64,000 bases of DNA from Dehalococcoidia bacterium. Its GTDB lineage: Bacteria > Chloroflexota > Dehalococcoidia > Lucifugimonadales > CAJWER01. The stretch is from assembly GCA_963666125.1 (NCBI GenBank), contig OY762633.1, forward strand, positions 56,107-120,106. The letters run 5' to 3'. Both the position numbers and the translations under genes were made by a program. The notes beneath the pieces were generated by a model, which was given only the letters and a program-made list of their open reading frames with translations, searched no databases and had not been told where the DNA came from. Shown piece by piece: positions 28,946-37,082 of this stretch; position 1 is the first letter of the stretch; every line of letters begins with the position of its first letter.

Positions 28946-29362
28946 ATGACCGCAGTAGACGACATACTGGCCCGGATGAGGGATCAGCGCAAATCCGTAC
29001 AGGACCGGCTCCAGGCCGTCACCGAGGAGCAGATGCTCGCGCCCACCACCTACGGGGAGCGCTCGGTCGACGTGCGCTTCATGTTCTACAGGTTCATCGC
29101 CCACGAGGTGGAGCACACCGTCCAGCTCGCCAAGACCCTGCACATGCTCGGCGCAGCCCAGGGCGAGGCCCAGCTCATCCTCAAGAGCCTCCAGGCCGCC
29201 AGGGGCGAGCTCGAGGGCATGATGGTCGGCCTGTCGGACGAGGACCTCGACCGCGAACCCGCCGAGGGCGAGTGGTCCGCTCGCCAGGTTATAGACCACA
29301 TCCTCCAGGTCGAGGAGGTATACACCCGCCGCATAGAGCAGGGCATCGAGTCAGTCGCCTAG
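28946..29362 (+). CDS. DinB-superfamily protein
   Basis: 138 aa with a four-helix-bundle-like pattern and spaced His residues (IAHEVEHTVQL ... VIDHI), typical of DinB/YfiT-like proteins. Confidence 0.6.
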   Translation: MTAVDDILARMRDQRKSVQDRLQAVTEEQMLAPTTYGERSVDVRFMFYRFIAHEVEHTVQLAKTLHMLGAAQGEAQLILKSLQAARGELEGMMVGLSDEDLDREPAEGEWSARQVIDHILQVEEVYTRRIEQGIESVA

Positions 29363-29396
29363 CGCTTGATTGCCGCGCTAACGCCCGCTCGTAGCC

Positions 29397-29427
29397 GGGG
29401 AGGGCGGGTTTGAAACCCGCCCCTACG
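29397..29427 (+). repeat. Dispersed hairpin repeat family B copy, inverted relative to 28878..28908
   Basis: ggggagggcgggtttgaaacccgcccctacg. Together with the copy at 28878 it brackets the DinB gene. Confidence 0.85.
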
Positions 29428-29506
29428 AGTGGGCTGCTCCTGCCTGGGTCTTGACTATGCAGGCCCAAGCCACTAGCGTTTGCCTGGCTCACCAAGGAGT
29501 TCGCCC

Positions 29507-31147
29507 ATGCGCTCGTTCGACTTCCCGCCAGCAACCCGCCCGGTCGCCATGGGCGCCAACGGCATGGTCTCCTCGGCTCACCCGCTCGCCTCCCTTGCCG
29601 GGCTGCGGGTGTTGCAGCGCGGCGGCAACGCCTTCGACGCCGTGGTGGCGACCGCCTCGACCCTCAACGTGGTCGAGCCCTACATGTCGGGCGTCGGGGG
29701 GATCGGCGTGGCGCTGGCCCACGTTGCCCGCGAGGGCAGGGTGCGGGCCATCGACTTCTCCGGCAGGGCGCCACTCGCCGCCGAGCCCGAGCGCTTCGAG
29801 GAGGAGACGAAGGACGACGGCATCCTGGCCGCCATGGTGCCGGGGAATCTGGCCGGATGGCTCACGATGCACGAGGCGTACGGCTCCCTGGACCGCGAGC
29901 CCCTATTCGACCAGGCCATCGACTACGCCGAGAACGGCTTCCCCGTCACCTACTTCAACAGCGAGGTATTCGCGCTGTCGGCGGACATGCTACGCAGGTT
30001 CCCGTCCGCGGACATCATCCTCGGCGGCGACGACCGCCCGCCGGGGCCGGGCGACCGATTGACCATGCCCCAGCTTGCCGGGTCCCTCCGCACCATCGCG
30101 AAGGAGGGCCTGCCCGCCTTCTACGGCGGCGACCTGGGCAGGCGCATCGTGCGGGGCAACCGCGAGCTGGGCGGCATCTACTCCGACGAGGATCTGGCGA
30201 CCTACTCCGCCCAGTGGCGCGACCCCATCGCCGTCGACTACAAGGGCTACCGGGTCTACACGACGCCGCCGAACTGCAGCTCGTTCCAGGTGCTCCAGAC
30301 CCTCAAGACGCTGGAGGGCTTCGGCCCCGACGAGCGCCGCTTCCAGGACGCCCGCTCCATGCACCTGTTCATCGAGTCGGCCAAGCTCGCCATCGCCGAC
30401 CGCGTCACCTGGGCCGGCGACCCGGACTACGTGACCGCGCCCCTCGCGGGCCTGCTCTCCGACGGCTACGCCGCCCGGCAGCGGGGCCGCATCGACCCCG
30501 GCGTCGCCGCCATCGTCCCCGGCGAGCGGTACGCGACCGACAGGCCCATCGGCGCTCTGACCCCGGGCAGCCCCCACGAGTTCGACGGCGGGATGACGAC
30601 CCACTTCGCCGTCGCGGACAGGGACGGCAACGTCGTGTCGGTCACCCAGACCCTGGGCGGCGGCTTCGGCTCCGGCGCTGCCGTCGGCGGCACGGGCATA
30701 TTCCTGAACAACATGGCCAGCTACTTCGAGCTGGAGGAGGGCAGCCCGAACCGCATCGGCCCGGGCAAGCGCGTCGATTTCGTCGTCGCGCCCACCCAGA
30801 CCTTCCGCGACGGCAGGTTCTTCCTGAGCATGGGCACGCCGGGTAGCTGGGGCATACTCCAGACGACGCCGCAGTTCCTCACCAACGTCCTCGACCACGG
30901 CATGAACGTGCAGCAGGCCATCGACTCGCCCCGCTTCAGGGTCTCGACCGGGCGCAACGTCGACGTGGAGGAGCGTTTCCCGCTGCACGTGCGGGCCGCC
31001 CTCGAAGCCAGGGGCCACGACGTCAACGTCCTTCCCGCGTGGTCGAGGACCGTCGGCGGGGCGCACGCGATCCAGGTCAACCAGCACGCGGGCACCTTCG
31101 AGGGCGCAGCCGACCCCAGGCGGGACGGCTACGCGCTCGGGTACTAG
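29507..31147 (+). CDS. ggt: Gamma-glutamyltransferase
   Basis: AAGGAG lies 8 nt upstream of the ATG. N-terminal MVSSAHPLAS..G..VL..GGNAFDA. Autoprocessing/nucleophile region GGMTTHFAVADRDGNVVSVTQTLGGGFGSG. Confidence 0.9.
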   Translation: MRSFDFPPATRPVAMGANGMVSSAHPLASLAGLRVLQRGGNAFDAVVATASTLNVVEPYMSGVGGIGVALAHVAREGRVRAIDFSGRAPLAAEPERFEEETKDDGILAAMVPGNLAGWLTMHEAYGSLDREPLFDQAIDYAENGFPVTYFNSEVFALSADMLRRFPSADIILGGDDRPPGPGDRLTMPQLAGSLRTIAKEGLPAFYGGDLGRRIVRGNRELGGIYSDEDLATYSAQWRDPIAVDYKGYRVYTTPPNCSSFQVLQTLKTLEGFGPDERRFQDARSMHLFIESAKLAIADRVTWAGDPDYVTAPLAGLLSDGYAARQRGRIDPGVAAIVPGERYATDRPIGALTPGSPHEFDGGMTTHFAVADRDGNVVSVTQTLGGGFGSGAAVGGTGIFLNNMASYFELEEGSPNRIGPGKRVDFVVAPTQTFRDGRFFLSMGTPGSWGILQTTPQFLTNVLDHGMNVQQAIDSPRFRVSTGRNVDVEERFPLHVRAALEARGHDVNVLPAWSRTVGGAHAIQVNQHAGTFEGAADPRRDGYALGY

Positions 31148-31163
31148 ACAGGGGGCCGCCACC

Positions 31164-32615
31164 ATGAACCGCGTAGTCATATTCGTATTCGACGGCCTGC
31201 AGATGTCCCAGGTCGCGCCCGGCCTGATGCCGAACCTGTCGGCGTTCGCGGACGGCGGCGTGCGCTTCATGGACCACCACCCCGTGTTCCCGACGGTGAC
31301 CCGGGTCAACGCCGCCAGCATCACCACCGGGTGCTACCCCGGCCGGCACGGACTCGCCGGCAACGAGTTCCTCGACCGCCGGTTCGACCCGGCGCGCGTC
31401 CTGCCCGCCCTGCGCGACGAGCTGCTGGAGATGTACCGGGCCACCGGCAGGCTGCTCCTCGCGCCCAACCTCGCCGCCACCCTGGGCGCTCACGGCGAGC
31501 AGTACGTCTCAGTCGTGACCGGCTCCAGCGGTAACGGCTTCATCCACAACCCCCACGCGGCACAGGTCGGCGGCGCGGCCATACACCCCGAGTTTTGCGA
31601 GCCGGACGGCCTGCACGACTACGTCGTCGACAGGTTCGGCAGGTGGCCCGGCTCCGTCCCCCTTCCTGCCGAGCCGCGAATCGCCCGGGGCGTGGACGTG
31701 TTCCAGGGCGTCCTGGAAGAGATGGACCCGGCCGTCGCCCTGTTCTGGAGCCTGGAGCCCGACACGAGCCACCACGAGTACGGCGTCGGCTCGGACAAGG
31801 CCAACCGGGGCCTGGCCGCCGCCGACCGCCAGTTCGGCCGCCTCGTCGAGTGGCTCGACCGCACCGGGCGGCTGGCGCGAACCGACGTGCTCGTCGGCTC
31901 GGACCACGGCTACGCCACCGTGACCGAGGCCGTGCACGTGGCGGGGCTGGTCGAGGCCGCCGGATTCCCGCCCACTGGCGAGCCGGGCGGCGTCATGGTC
32001 GCATCCAACGGCGGCTCCGTCCTCTTCTACGTCGCGGGCCACGACCGGGAGACGGCGGACCGGCTGGCGGCCTGGCTGATGGCCCAGCCCTGGTGCGGCC
32101 CCATCGTGGCCTCGGAGGCGTCCGGCTCCCCTGAGGGCACGCTGCCCGCGAGCCTCGTCGGCGTCGAGGGCGAGCGCGCGCCCGACCTGGCCATGTCCTT
32201 CGCGTGGGACTCGGAGCCGAACGCCGGCGGATACCCCGGCCGTATCTTCAGCACGTCCAAGATGCCCGGCCAGGGCAACCACGGCTCCATGAGCCACCAT
32301 GAGCAGCGGTGCGCCTTCATCGCCCGCGGGCCCGCCTTCAAGTCCGGCGTACGGGTCGACACCCCCTCCGGCAACGTGGACATCATGCCCACCGTCCTGC
32401 GGCTCCTGGGCATCGACCCCCTGGCGCCGGTGGACGGGCGCGTGCTGGAGGAGGGCCTCGACGGAGGCCCCGACTCCACGCCCCATTCGACCGAGACCCA
32501 CCGCGCCGAGCGCGGCCAGTACCGCCAGCAGATCACCATATCCACCGTAGGCTCCACCCCCTACATAGACGAAGGACGCGGCCATGTGTCCCTTCCCCCT
32601 CAGGGGGAAGGTTAG
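31164..32615 (+). CDS. Alkaline-phosphatase-superfamily protein (nucleotide pyrophosphatase/phosphodiesterase type)
   Basis: N-terminal VVIFVFDGL...FPTVTRVNAASITTG (metal/nucleophile Thr region) and SDHG (VGSDHGYA) are typical of the NPP family. Confidence 0.7.
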   Translation: MNRVVIFVFDGLQMSQVAPGLMPNLSAFADGGVRFMDHHPVFPTVTRVNAASITTGCYPGRHGLAGNEFLDRRFDPARVLPALRDELLEMYRATGRLLLAPNLAATLGAHGEQYVSVVTGSSGNGFIHNPHAAQVGGAAIHPEFCEPDGLHDYVVDRFGRWPGSVPLPAEPRIARGVDVFQGVLEEMDPAVALFWSLEPDTSHHEYGVGSDKANRGLAAADRQFGRLVEWLDRTGRLARTDVLVGSDHGYATVTEAVHVAGLVEAAGFPPTGEPGGVMVASNGGSVLFYVAGHDRETADRLAAWLMAQPWCGPIVASEASGSPEGTLPASLVGVEGERAPDLAMSFAWDSEPNAGGYPGRIFSTSKMPGQGNHGSMSHHEQRCAFIARGPAFKSGVRVDTPSGNVDIMPTVLRLLGIDPLAPVDGRVLEEGLDGGPDSTPHSTETHRAERGQYRQQITISTVGSTPYIDEGRGHVSLPPQGEG

Positions 32616-32623
32616 GATGGGGG
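32590..32623 (+). repeat. Hairpin repeat family F (cccttccccctcagggggaaggttaggatgggg)
   Basis: An inverted copy lies at 39607..39645. This copy spans the stop of the NPP gene and the start of the next gene. Confidence 0.75.
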
Positions 32624-33384
32624 TTCTCCTCCCAAGGCTCGTCATCCTCGGCGCGCCCCTTGCCCTCGGCCTCGTCGAGGTATTCCACTTCGAGTCCCTG
32701 CCCTTCGACGAGGACGGCGAGCTTGGCCCCTTCACCCGCTACCGCACCATCGCCCCCGTCGCCGAGCAGTGGCTCATCGTCCACCTGCTCCAGGCGCCCC
32801 TGATCGCCCTCGTCGGCCTTGCCGTGTACCTGATGGTGCGCGGCCTCGACGGCGTGCCCGCAGTCGTGGCCCGCGTCTGCATGGCGCTCTTCGTCGTCGC
32901 CTACACGGTGCTGGACGCGGTGGACGGGATCGCCGTCGGCGTGCTCGTCGCCAACGCGCGAGACCTGTCGCCGGCCCAGCTTGCCCCGGTGGAGCAGGCG
33001 ATAGAGGACCTGTGGAACCACCCCGTCGTCGGCAACTTCTCCGTCGTCTCGTTCACCGGCGCGGGCGCGTGGGTCGTGGGAGTCCTGGCCGCCGCCGTGT
33101 CGCTGCGGAGGTCGGGCGCGCCGCGCGGCCCCGTGGCCCTCATGGTGCTGGCCGCCTTCATATTCGGCATGAGCCACGCCAACCCCACCGGCCCCATAGG
33201 CATGGCGTGCCTGCTGGCGGCGTTCGTATGGCTGGAGTTCTTCCCCCAGTCGTCCCTGGCGCCGGACGCGTACGAGCCCGCCCCTCCCGCCGCCCCCGAA
33301 CAGCCGGAGACTGTGGAGGCTGAGGATCCACGCCCAGGGGACAGACCCGCCAGGCGCAGGCGCCGACGCCACAGGCGCAGGTAG
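32617..33384 (+). CDS. Hypothetical integral membrane protein with an Arg-rich tail
   Basis: About 255 aa with at least 6 hydrophobic segments. Start chosen at MGVLLPRL, just after the upstream stop. No family recognised. Confidence 0.5.
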   Translation: MGVLLPRLVILGAPLALGLVEVFHFESLPFDEDGELGPFTRYRTIAPVAEQWLIVHLLQAPLIALVGLAVYLMVRGLDGVPAVVARVCMALFVVAYTVLDAVDGIAVGVLVANARDLSPAQLAPVEQAIEDLWNHPVVGNFSVVSFTGAGAWVVGVLAAAVSLRRSGAPRGPVALMVLAAFIFGMSHANPTGPIGMACLLAAFVWLEFFPQSSLAPDAYEPAPPAAPEQPETVEAEDPRPGDRPARRRRRRHRRR

Positions 33385-33386
33385 GG

Positions 33387-33480
33387 CCTACATACCGTCA
33401 TTCCCGCGAAGGCGGGAATCCATCCCAGGCATGGTTGTGCTGGCGAACGGGGGAGGGCGGGTTTCAAACCCGCCCCTACG
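33387..33480. repeat. Composite of repeat family C (reverse; ccgtcattcccgcgaaggcgggaatccatccc) and family B
   Basis: Other family C copies lie at 39697..39729, 40461..40493 and 40654..40686. This composite sits between convergent genes. Confidence 0.8.
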
Positions 33481-34531
33481 AGGGGGGTGAGCGGCCGGAG
33501 GGCCTTCCGGTCACCAGGGCCCTGGCGTTTCCCCTCTGGCGGCGCTGCTTCCGGGTCATGCGTCTCCGGGGAGGGGTTTCTTCTTCGGATTCGAAGGTCT
33601 GGTAGGGGACGTTGCCGTAGCCCGCGATCCGGTCGGGGGAGATGTGGAAGGCTTCGTCTCCGTCCTCGTCGACGATGAAGGGGCCCAGCTCGTCGAAGGC
33701 GTAGACTGAGCCGGTGATCTGGTCGCGGGCGAACTTGAAGCTGGTTATGTGGCGGGGGAGGTAGCCGGCGTTCATGATTTCTTCGATGGAGATTGGGGGG
33801 AAGTTGTTGTTAGTTGTTAGTTTTTGGTTTTTAGTTTTGAGTTGGGGAGGTTCGGCGGAGCGCTGTGCTTCGGCGGGCCCTTCGACTGCGCTCAGGACAG
33901 GCTCAGGGCGAGAGGACTTGGTGGGCTCGTCAACGGTATTGGGTGCGGGAACGACGGTTGAGTCGGGCTCGGTGCTGAGCGGGCGGACACGTGGGTCCGC
34001 CCCTACGTCGGGGGTGTTGTCGTTGGTTGCGGTGGGCGTGGGGTTGAGCTCGTCGTGGGTTATGTGGGCGGCCAGCTCGGTGGCGGCTTCGAGGCGGTGG
34101 CAGGGCTTGAAGGCGGTGAGGGTGCCGTGCATTACGCCGGTCATGAAGTCGACGATGGCGCGGCCGTCGCCGGTCTCCTCTCGGACTAGCTGTGCGAGCC
34201 TGCGCCGGAAGGGGCTGGACCGGCGGGGTGCGTCGTTGGCGGGAGTCTCCTGGTTCATGGGGGAGGTGGTGCCCACGGGGGAGCGCATGCCGCGGTAGGA
34301 GTCGCGGAGGTGGGCTGGGGCGTACTTGACCAGGTACTCGGCGACGAGTCCTGGGGCGATCTTGTCGAGTCGCCTGGCGGCGGCGGCGCGGTGGTGGTCC
34401 CGGAAGCCGGCGATGGTTCCCTCGGCGACGCCGAGGTAGAACTCGACGATGCGGCGGCCGTCGTCGGTGGCCTCGCGGACGATCTGCGCCATGGTGGGCG
34501 GGCTGTTCTGTATTGTTGCGTACTGGTTCAT
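33476..34531 (-). CDS. Hypothetical protein: duplicated ~60-aa N-terminal domain, linker containing translated repeat elements, unknown C-terminal domain
   Basis: Internal duplication: QIVREATDDGRRIVEFYLGVAEGTIAGF..HHR versus QLVREETGDGRAIVDFMTGVMHGTLTAF..CHR. The linker encodes VGADPRVRP (family D) and PEPVLSAVEGP (family A variant). Start chosen at MNQYAT. Confidence 0.5.
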   Translation of the reverse strand: MNQYATIQNSPPTMAQIVREATDDGRRIVEFYLGVAEGTIAGFRDHHRAAAARRLDKIAPGLVAEYLVKYAPAHLRDSYRGMRSPVGTTSPMNQETPANDAPRRSSPFRRRLAQLVREETGDGRAIVDFMTGVMHGTLTAFKPCHRLEAATELAAHITHDELNPTPTATNDNTPDVGADPRVRPLSTEPDSTVVPAPNTVDEPTKSSRPEPVLSAVEGPAEAQRSAEPPQLKTKNQKLTTNNNFPPISIEEIMNAGYLPRHITSFKFARDQITGSVYAFDELGPFIVDEDGDEAFHISPDRIAGYGNVPYQTFESEEETPPRRRMTRKQRRQRGNARALVTGRPSGRSPPS

Positions 34532-34564
34532 ATGTTCCAGTATAGCACAGGTGTGCTCGGTGTC

Positions 34565-34730
34565 AAGGGGGGGAGTTTTCACCGCAGAGGGCGCGGAGAG
34601 CGCAGAGATGGGGAGTTATGGGGAGGAGAGGAGGGAAGAGGGGGAGTTTTCACCACAGAGGACACTGAGGGCACAGAGGGGAAGAGGGATTATGGGGAGG
34701 AGAGGAGAAGGGGAGTGTCTGAATCAGGAT
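34565..34730. repeat. Two tandem ~75-bp units (gggagttttcaccRcagagg...ttatggggaggagaggag), followed by caggatt short repeats
   Basis: Read directly from the sequence. Purine-rich and non-coding in appearance. Confidence 0.75.
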
Positions 34731-34749
34731 TGTCAGGATTAGGGGATTC

Positions 34750-34932
34750 TCAGGATTCAAGAATATTGATTTGCTGATACTCTGTGGGCGGGGTGGGCTC
34801 GAGGCGGTGCGCGATGGGGTTGACCTTGAAGCCTAGGGTCTCCAGGGTGGTGTAGCCGACCAGGGGGCGCTCGCCGTTTCCGCCTGCCGCGACCAGCACG
34901 GGCCTGCGGACCCCGTCTATCTGGCTTAGGTC
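34750..34932 (-). pseudogene. 3' fragment of a retropepsin-like protease gene (no start codon, upstream in-frame TGA)
   Basis: Translates to ...IDGVRRPVLVAAGGNGERPLVGYTTLETLGFKVNPIAHRLEPTPPTEYQQINILES*. This is nearly identical to the C-terminus of the intact gene at 35919..36305. Confidence 0.75.
34780..34922. repeat. Direct repeat copy 1 (~143 bp), matching 35946..36088
   Basis: I count 6 mismatches over the 121-bp core (34802..34922 versus 35968..36088). The flanking ~20 bp is more diverged. Confidence 0.85.
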
Positions 34933-35001
34933 GTCTTGACACTGCTCTCCTGCTCATGATAGGGTCGCACTAGGGACTGTAGGCAGCAGGCCCTGGTTGA
35001 C

Positions 35002-35451
35002 TTGGAGCGCGGAATGATTACTGGCGAACATCCAACCCATGGGCGACGCGTCGGCCCAGCCAGTGACTCGTCGATAGCCAAGGAGCCGGACGATCTTGTC
35101 GAGGCCCTTCTGGACCTCCATGGAATCAAGCAAGAGGCGCAGGAAGAAGGAGATGAAGGACCCACTGAGGAGACGATAAAATGCGCCGAGGGCGTATTGA
35201 GATCGCTCTACAACAGGATACGGCAGCCATATGGCGTGTATGGAATGACCGATGGAGACATCGCGATCGATGTGTCCAGTCCTCCAGGCACAAAGCTCAT
35301 AGTGGTCTGCGACGCTGATGGTAGTGCCAGGTGTCTGGAATATGTCAATGACGAATTCCAGAGCCACACATACGACGACCCAAAAGAGATACCTGATCGG
35401 GTATTCATGGACGCACTGCACCGGGTCCAGACCGCTCCGGTGAACACATAG
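35002..35451 (+). CDS. Hypothetical acidic protein (cassette gene 1)
   Basis: 149-aa ORF in the AT-richer segment between the direct repeats. The true start may be internal. No family recognised. Confidence 0.45.
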   Translation: MERGMITGEHPTHGRRVGPASDSSIAKEPDDLVEALLDLHGIKQEAQEEGDEGPTEETIKCAEGVLRSLYNRIRQPYGVYGMTDGDIAIDVSSPPGTKLIVVCDADGSARCLEYVNDEFQSHTYDDPKEIPDRVFMDALHRVQTAPVNT

Positions 35452-35461
35452 CTCAAATCGA

Positions 35462-35869
35462 ATGGACAAAATCTCGCTCTGTATAGCACCTTGCGAAGAG
35501 ATGGGCCGGCGAATAAACTCAAGTAAAACACTGAAGCAGGTTCGAAGAGGCAATGCTCCGGCCAGGCTGTTCTTGCAAGAATGCATATATGTGTCAGTAG
35601 ACAGGCTTATCCCAAATAAGGTGATTTGTGCATCAAGGATCGCCCTGGAATACTACGAGTCTCACGGCCGCAATTTCTATGGCTGGGCAGCGATTGACCA
35701 AGCCACTATCAAGACACTTGGATATGGTCTGAGAGCTTCGCCGCAATGCGATAATAAATTCCATGCGGACATCATTCTTCCGCCCACAGCACAGGGCAAA
35801 AAGGCTATGGAGAAGCACGCAACTATACTCGCAGCAAAGTGCAAGTGGCGGGACAAAGAAGTTACTTAG
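35462..35869 (+). CDS. Hypothetical basic protein (cassette gene 2)
   Basis: 135-aa ORF starting 10 nt after gene 1. The stretch GWAAIDQ...ASPQCDNKFHADIILP looks like a conserved-motif region, but I cannot place it in a family. Confidence 0.45.
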   Translation: MDKISLCIAPCEEMGRRINSSKTLKQVRRGNAPARLFLQECIYVSVDRLIPNKVICASRIALEYYESHGRNFYGWAAIDQATIKTLGYGLRASPQCDNKFHADIILPPTAQGKKAMEKHATILAAKCKWRDKEVT

Positions 35870-35918
35870 GTTACTAATATCGCCATAGACAAGCTCGAGG
35901 CGGACTTGATCGCATAGC

Positions 35919-36305
35919 TTACCCTGGCAGTGGGATGGCGGCGTGCTCTGTGGCTGGGGTGGGGTCCAGGCGGTGTGCGATGGGGTTGACCTTGAAGCCG
36001 AGGGTCTCCAGGGTGGTGTAGCCGACCAGGGGGCGCTCGGCGTTCCCGCCTGCGGCGACCAGCACGGGCCTGCGGACCCCGGCTATCTCCACGTCGGCCA
36101 GGGCGAGCTGGCGGCGTATCGTCCTGCCGTCGCCGATCTCGATCTCGGCCTCGTAGGCCGCCTCCAGCCCCAGCTCGTCGAACAGCACGCGCGGCACCTT
36201 CGTAAAGGTCGCCGCAGTGTCCGCCAGCGCGGATACGACCACCGAGCCGGAATTTCCATGGATGCTTATGTCGACGTGTGTCTGTCCCATTAGGGATTGG
36301 CTCAT
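35919..36305 (-). CDS. Retropepsin-like (clan AA) aspartic protease, single domain
   Basis: About 128 aa from MSQSLMGQT. SALADTAATFTKVP resembles the D[TS]G[AS] active-site loop, but with Ala in place of Gly. LVGYTTLETLGFKV resembles the C-terminal LLG...L motif. The start lies 1 nt after the upstream gene's stop. Confidence 0.6.
   Translation of the reverse strand: MSQSLMGQTHVDISIHGNSGSVVVSALADTAATFTKVPRVLFDELGLEAAYEAEIEIGDGRTIRRQLALADVEIAGVRRPVLVAAGGNAERPLVGYTTLETLGFKVNPIAHRLDPTPATEHAAIPLPG
35946..36088. repeat. Direct repeat copy 2 (~143 bp), inside the 3' part of the intact protease gene
   Basis: See copy 1. The two copies are 1166 bp apart, start to start. Confidence 0.85.
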
Positions 36306-36306
36306 C

Positions 36307-36870
36307 TCAGCCCGTGAAGACTGGCCTGAGTCCCAGCGCCACACTCTTGGCACGCACCTCTTCCCTGGCGGCAGGTACCTGCAGGTGATGCTGGAGCCTC
36401 TGATCTGCCAGCCAGAAGATGGCGGCCGAGGACAGCATCATCGTAGCCTGGATTACCAGTCCTATCGCAAGCAACACCCATGCTATCCAGTGGAAAGCCA
36501 TTCCTATCTCCGGCAGTCCCAGCAGGGGTACGATTTGTCCCGTCGCCGCCAGGGTGAGCCCGTACACCGAAGCTACCATCGCAAGCACGAAGATCAGCGC
36601 AAACAAAACAGCACCGCGTGATGGACTCTCCGCAGCTTCCTCAGGGTCCAACCCCATCTGTCTGATCAGCCTGGAAGCTTTGTCACTGAGCTTGTCGAGC
36701 AGCCTCGTCGTCGTAAAGACGATGACGAACCGAGCCACGATGCTGCAGCCGTACGCCACGATGACAACCTCCGTCCAGTTGCTCGGCGGGTGACCCTGCA
36801 GACCAATGACTACCAAAATCACGTTCGTCAGGACGAGAGCAAAGATTAGCTCAGGCACGTACTTCTTCAT
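36307..36870 (-). CDS. Hypothetical integral membrane protein (about 5 TM)
   Basis: 187 aa from MKKYVPELIF, with GGAGTGGAGG upstream. Hydrophobic helices run throughout. About 50% GC. Confidence 0.6.
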   Translation of the reverse strand: MKKYVPELIFALVLTNVILVVIGLQGHPPSNWTEVVIVAYGCSIVARFVIVFTTTRLLDKLSDKASRLIRQMGLDPEEAAESPSRGAVLFALIFVLAMVASVYGLTLAATGQIVPLLGLPEIGMAFHWIAWVLLAIGLVIQATMMLSSAAIFWLADQRLQHHLQVPAAREEVRAKSVALGLRPVFTG

Positions 36871-36887
36871 CAAGCTACCTCCACTCC

Positions 36888-37052
36888 TTACTCGGCAAGC
36901 TTGGCAAGGGCTAAGCCAACGATAGCGGTAGCTGCAATAGCAAATAGATAGGCGACAAAGCGAATCCAATAGTCATCGCTTGTTGTTTTAGCGAGGGAGG
37001 CTGCAGCGACTACAGAGAAGACAATGGCTATTAACAGGTTAATATCGCACAT
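36888..37052 (-). CDS. Unlisted small ORF: 54-aa double-TM protein (MCDINLLIAIVFSVVAAASLAKTTSDDYWIRFVAYLFAIAATAIVGLALAKLAE)
   Basis: My own translation of the minus strand; the ORF is below the track's length cutoff. Two hydrophobic helices are separated by a polar loop. It lies 30 nt after the AIPR stop and 17 nt before the next start. The RBS is weak. Confidence 0.4.
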   Translation of the reverse strand: MCDINLLIAIVFSVVAAASLAKTTSDDYWIRFVAYLFAIAATAIVGLALAKLAE

Positions 37053-37082
37053 GGCAGTACTAGGAATCAGGCTTTCCCGTCC

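Noticed and set aside
34757-34957. 66-aa minus-strand ORF over the protease-gene fragment.
   Set aside because: It is in the wrong frame. The frame homologous to the intact protease has no start codon and is annotated instead as a pseudogene fragment (34750..34932).
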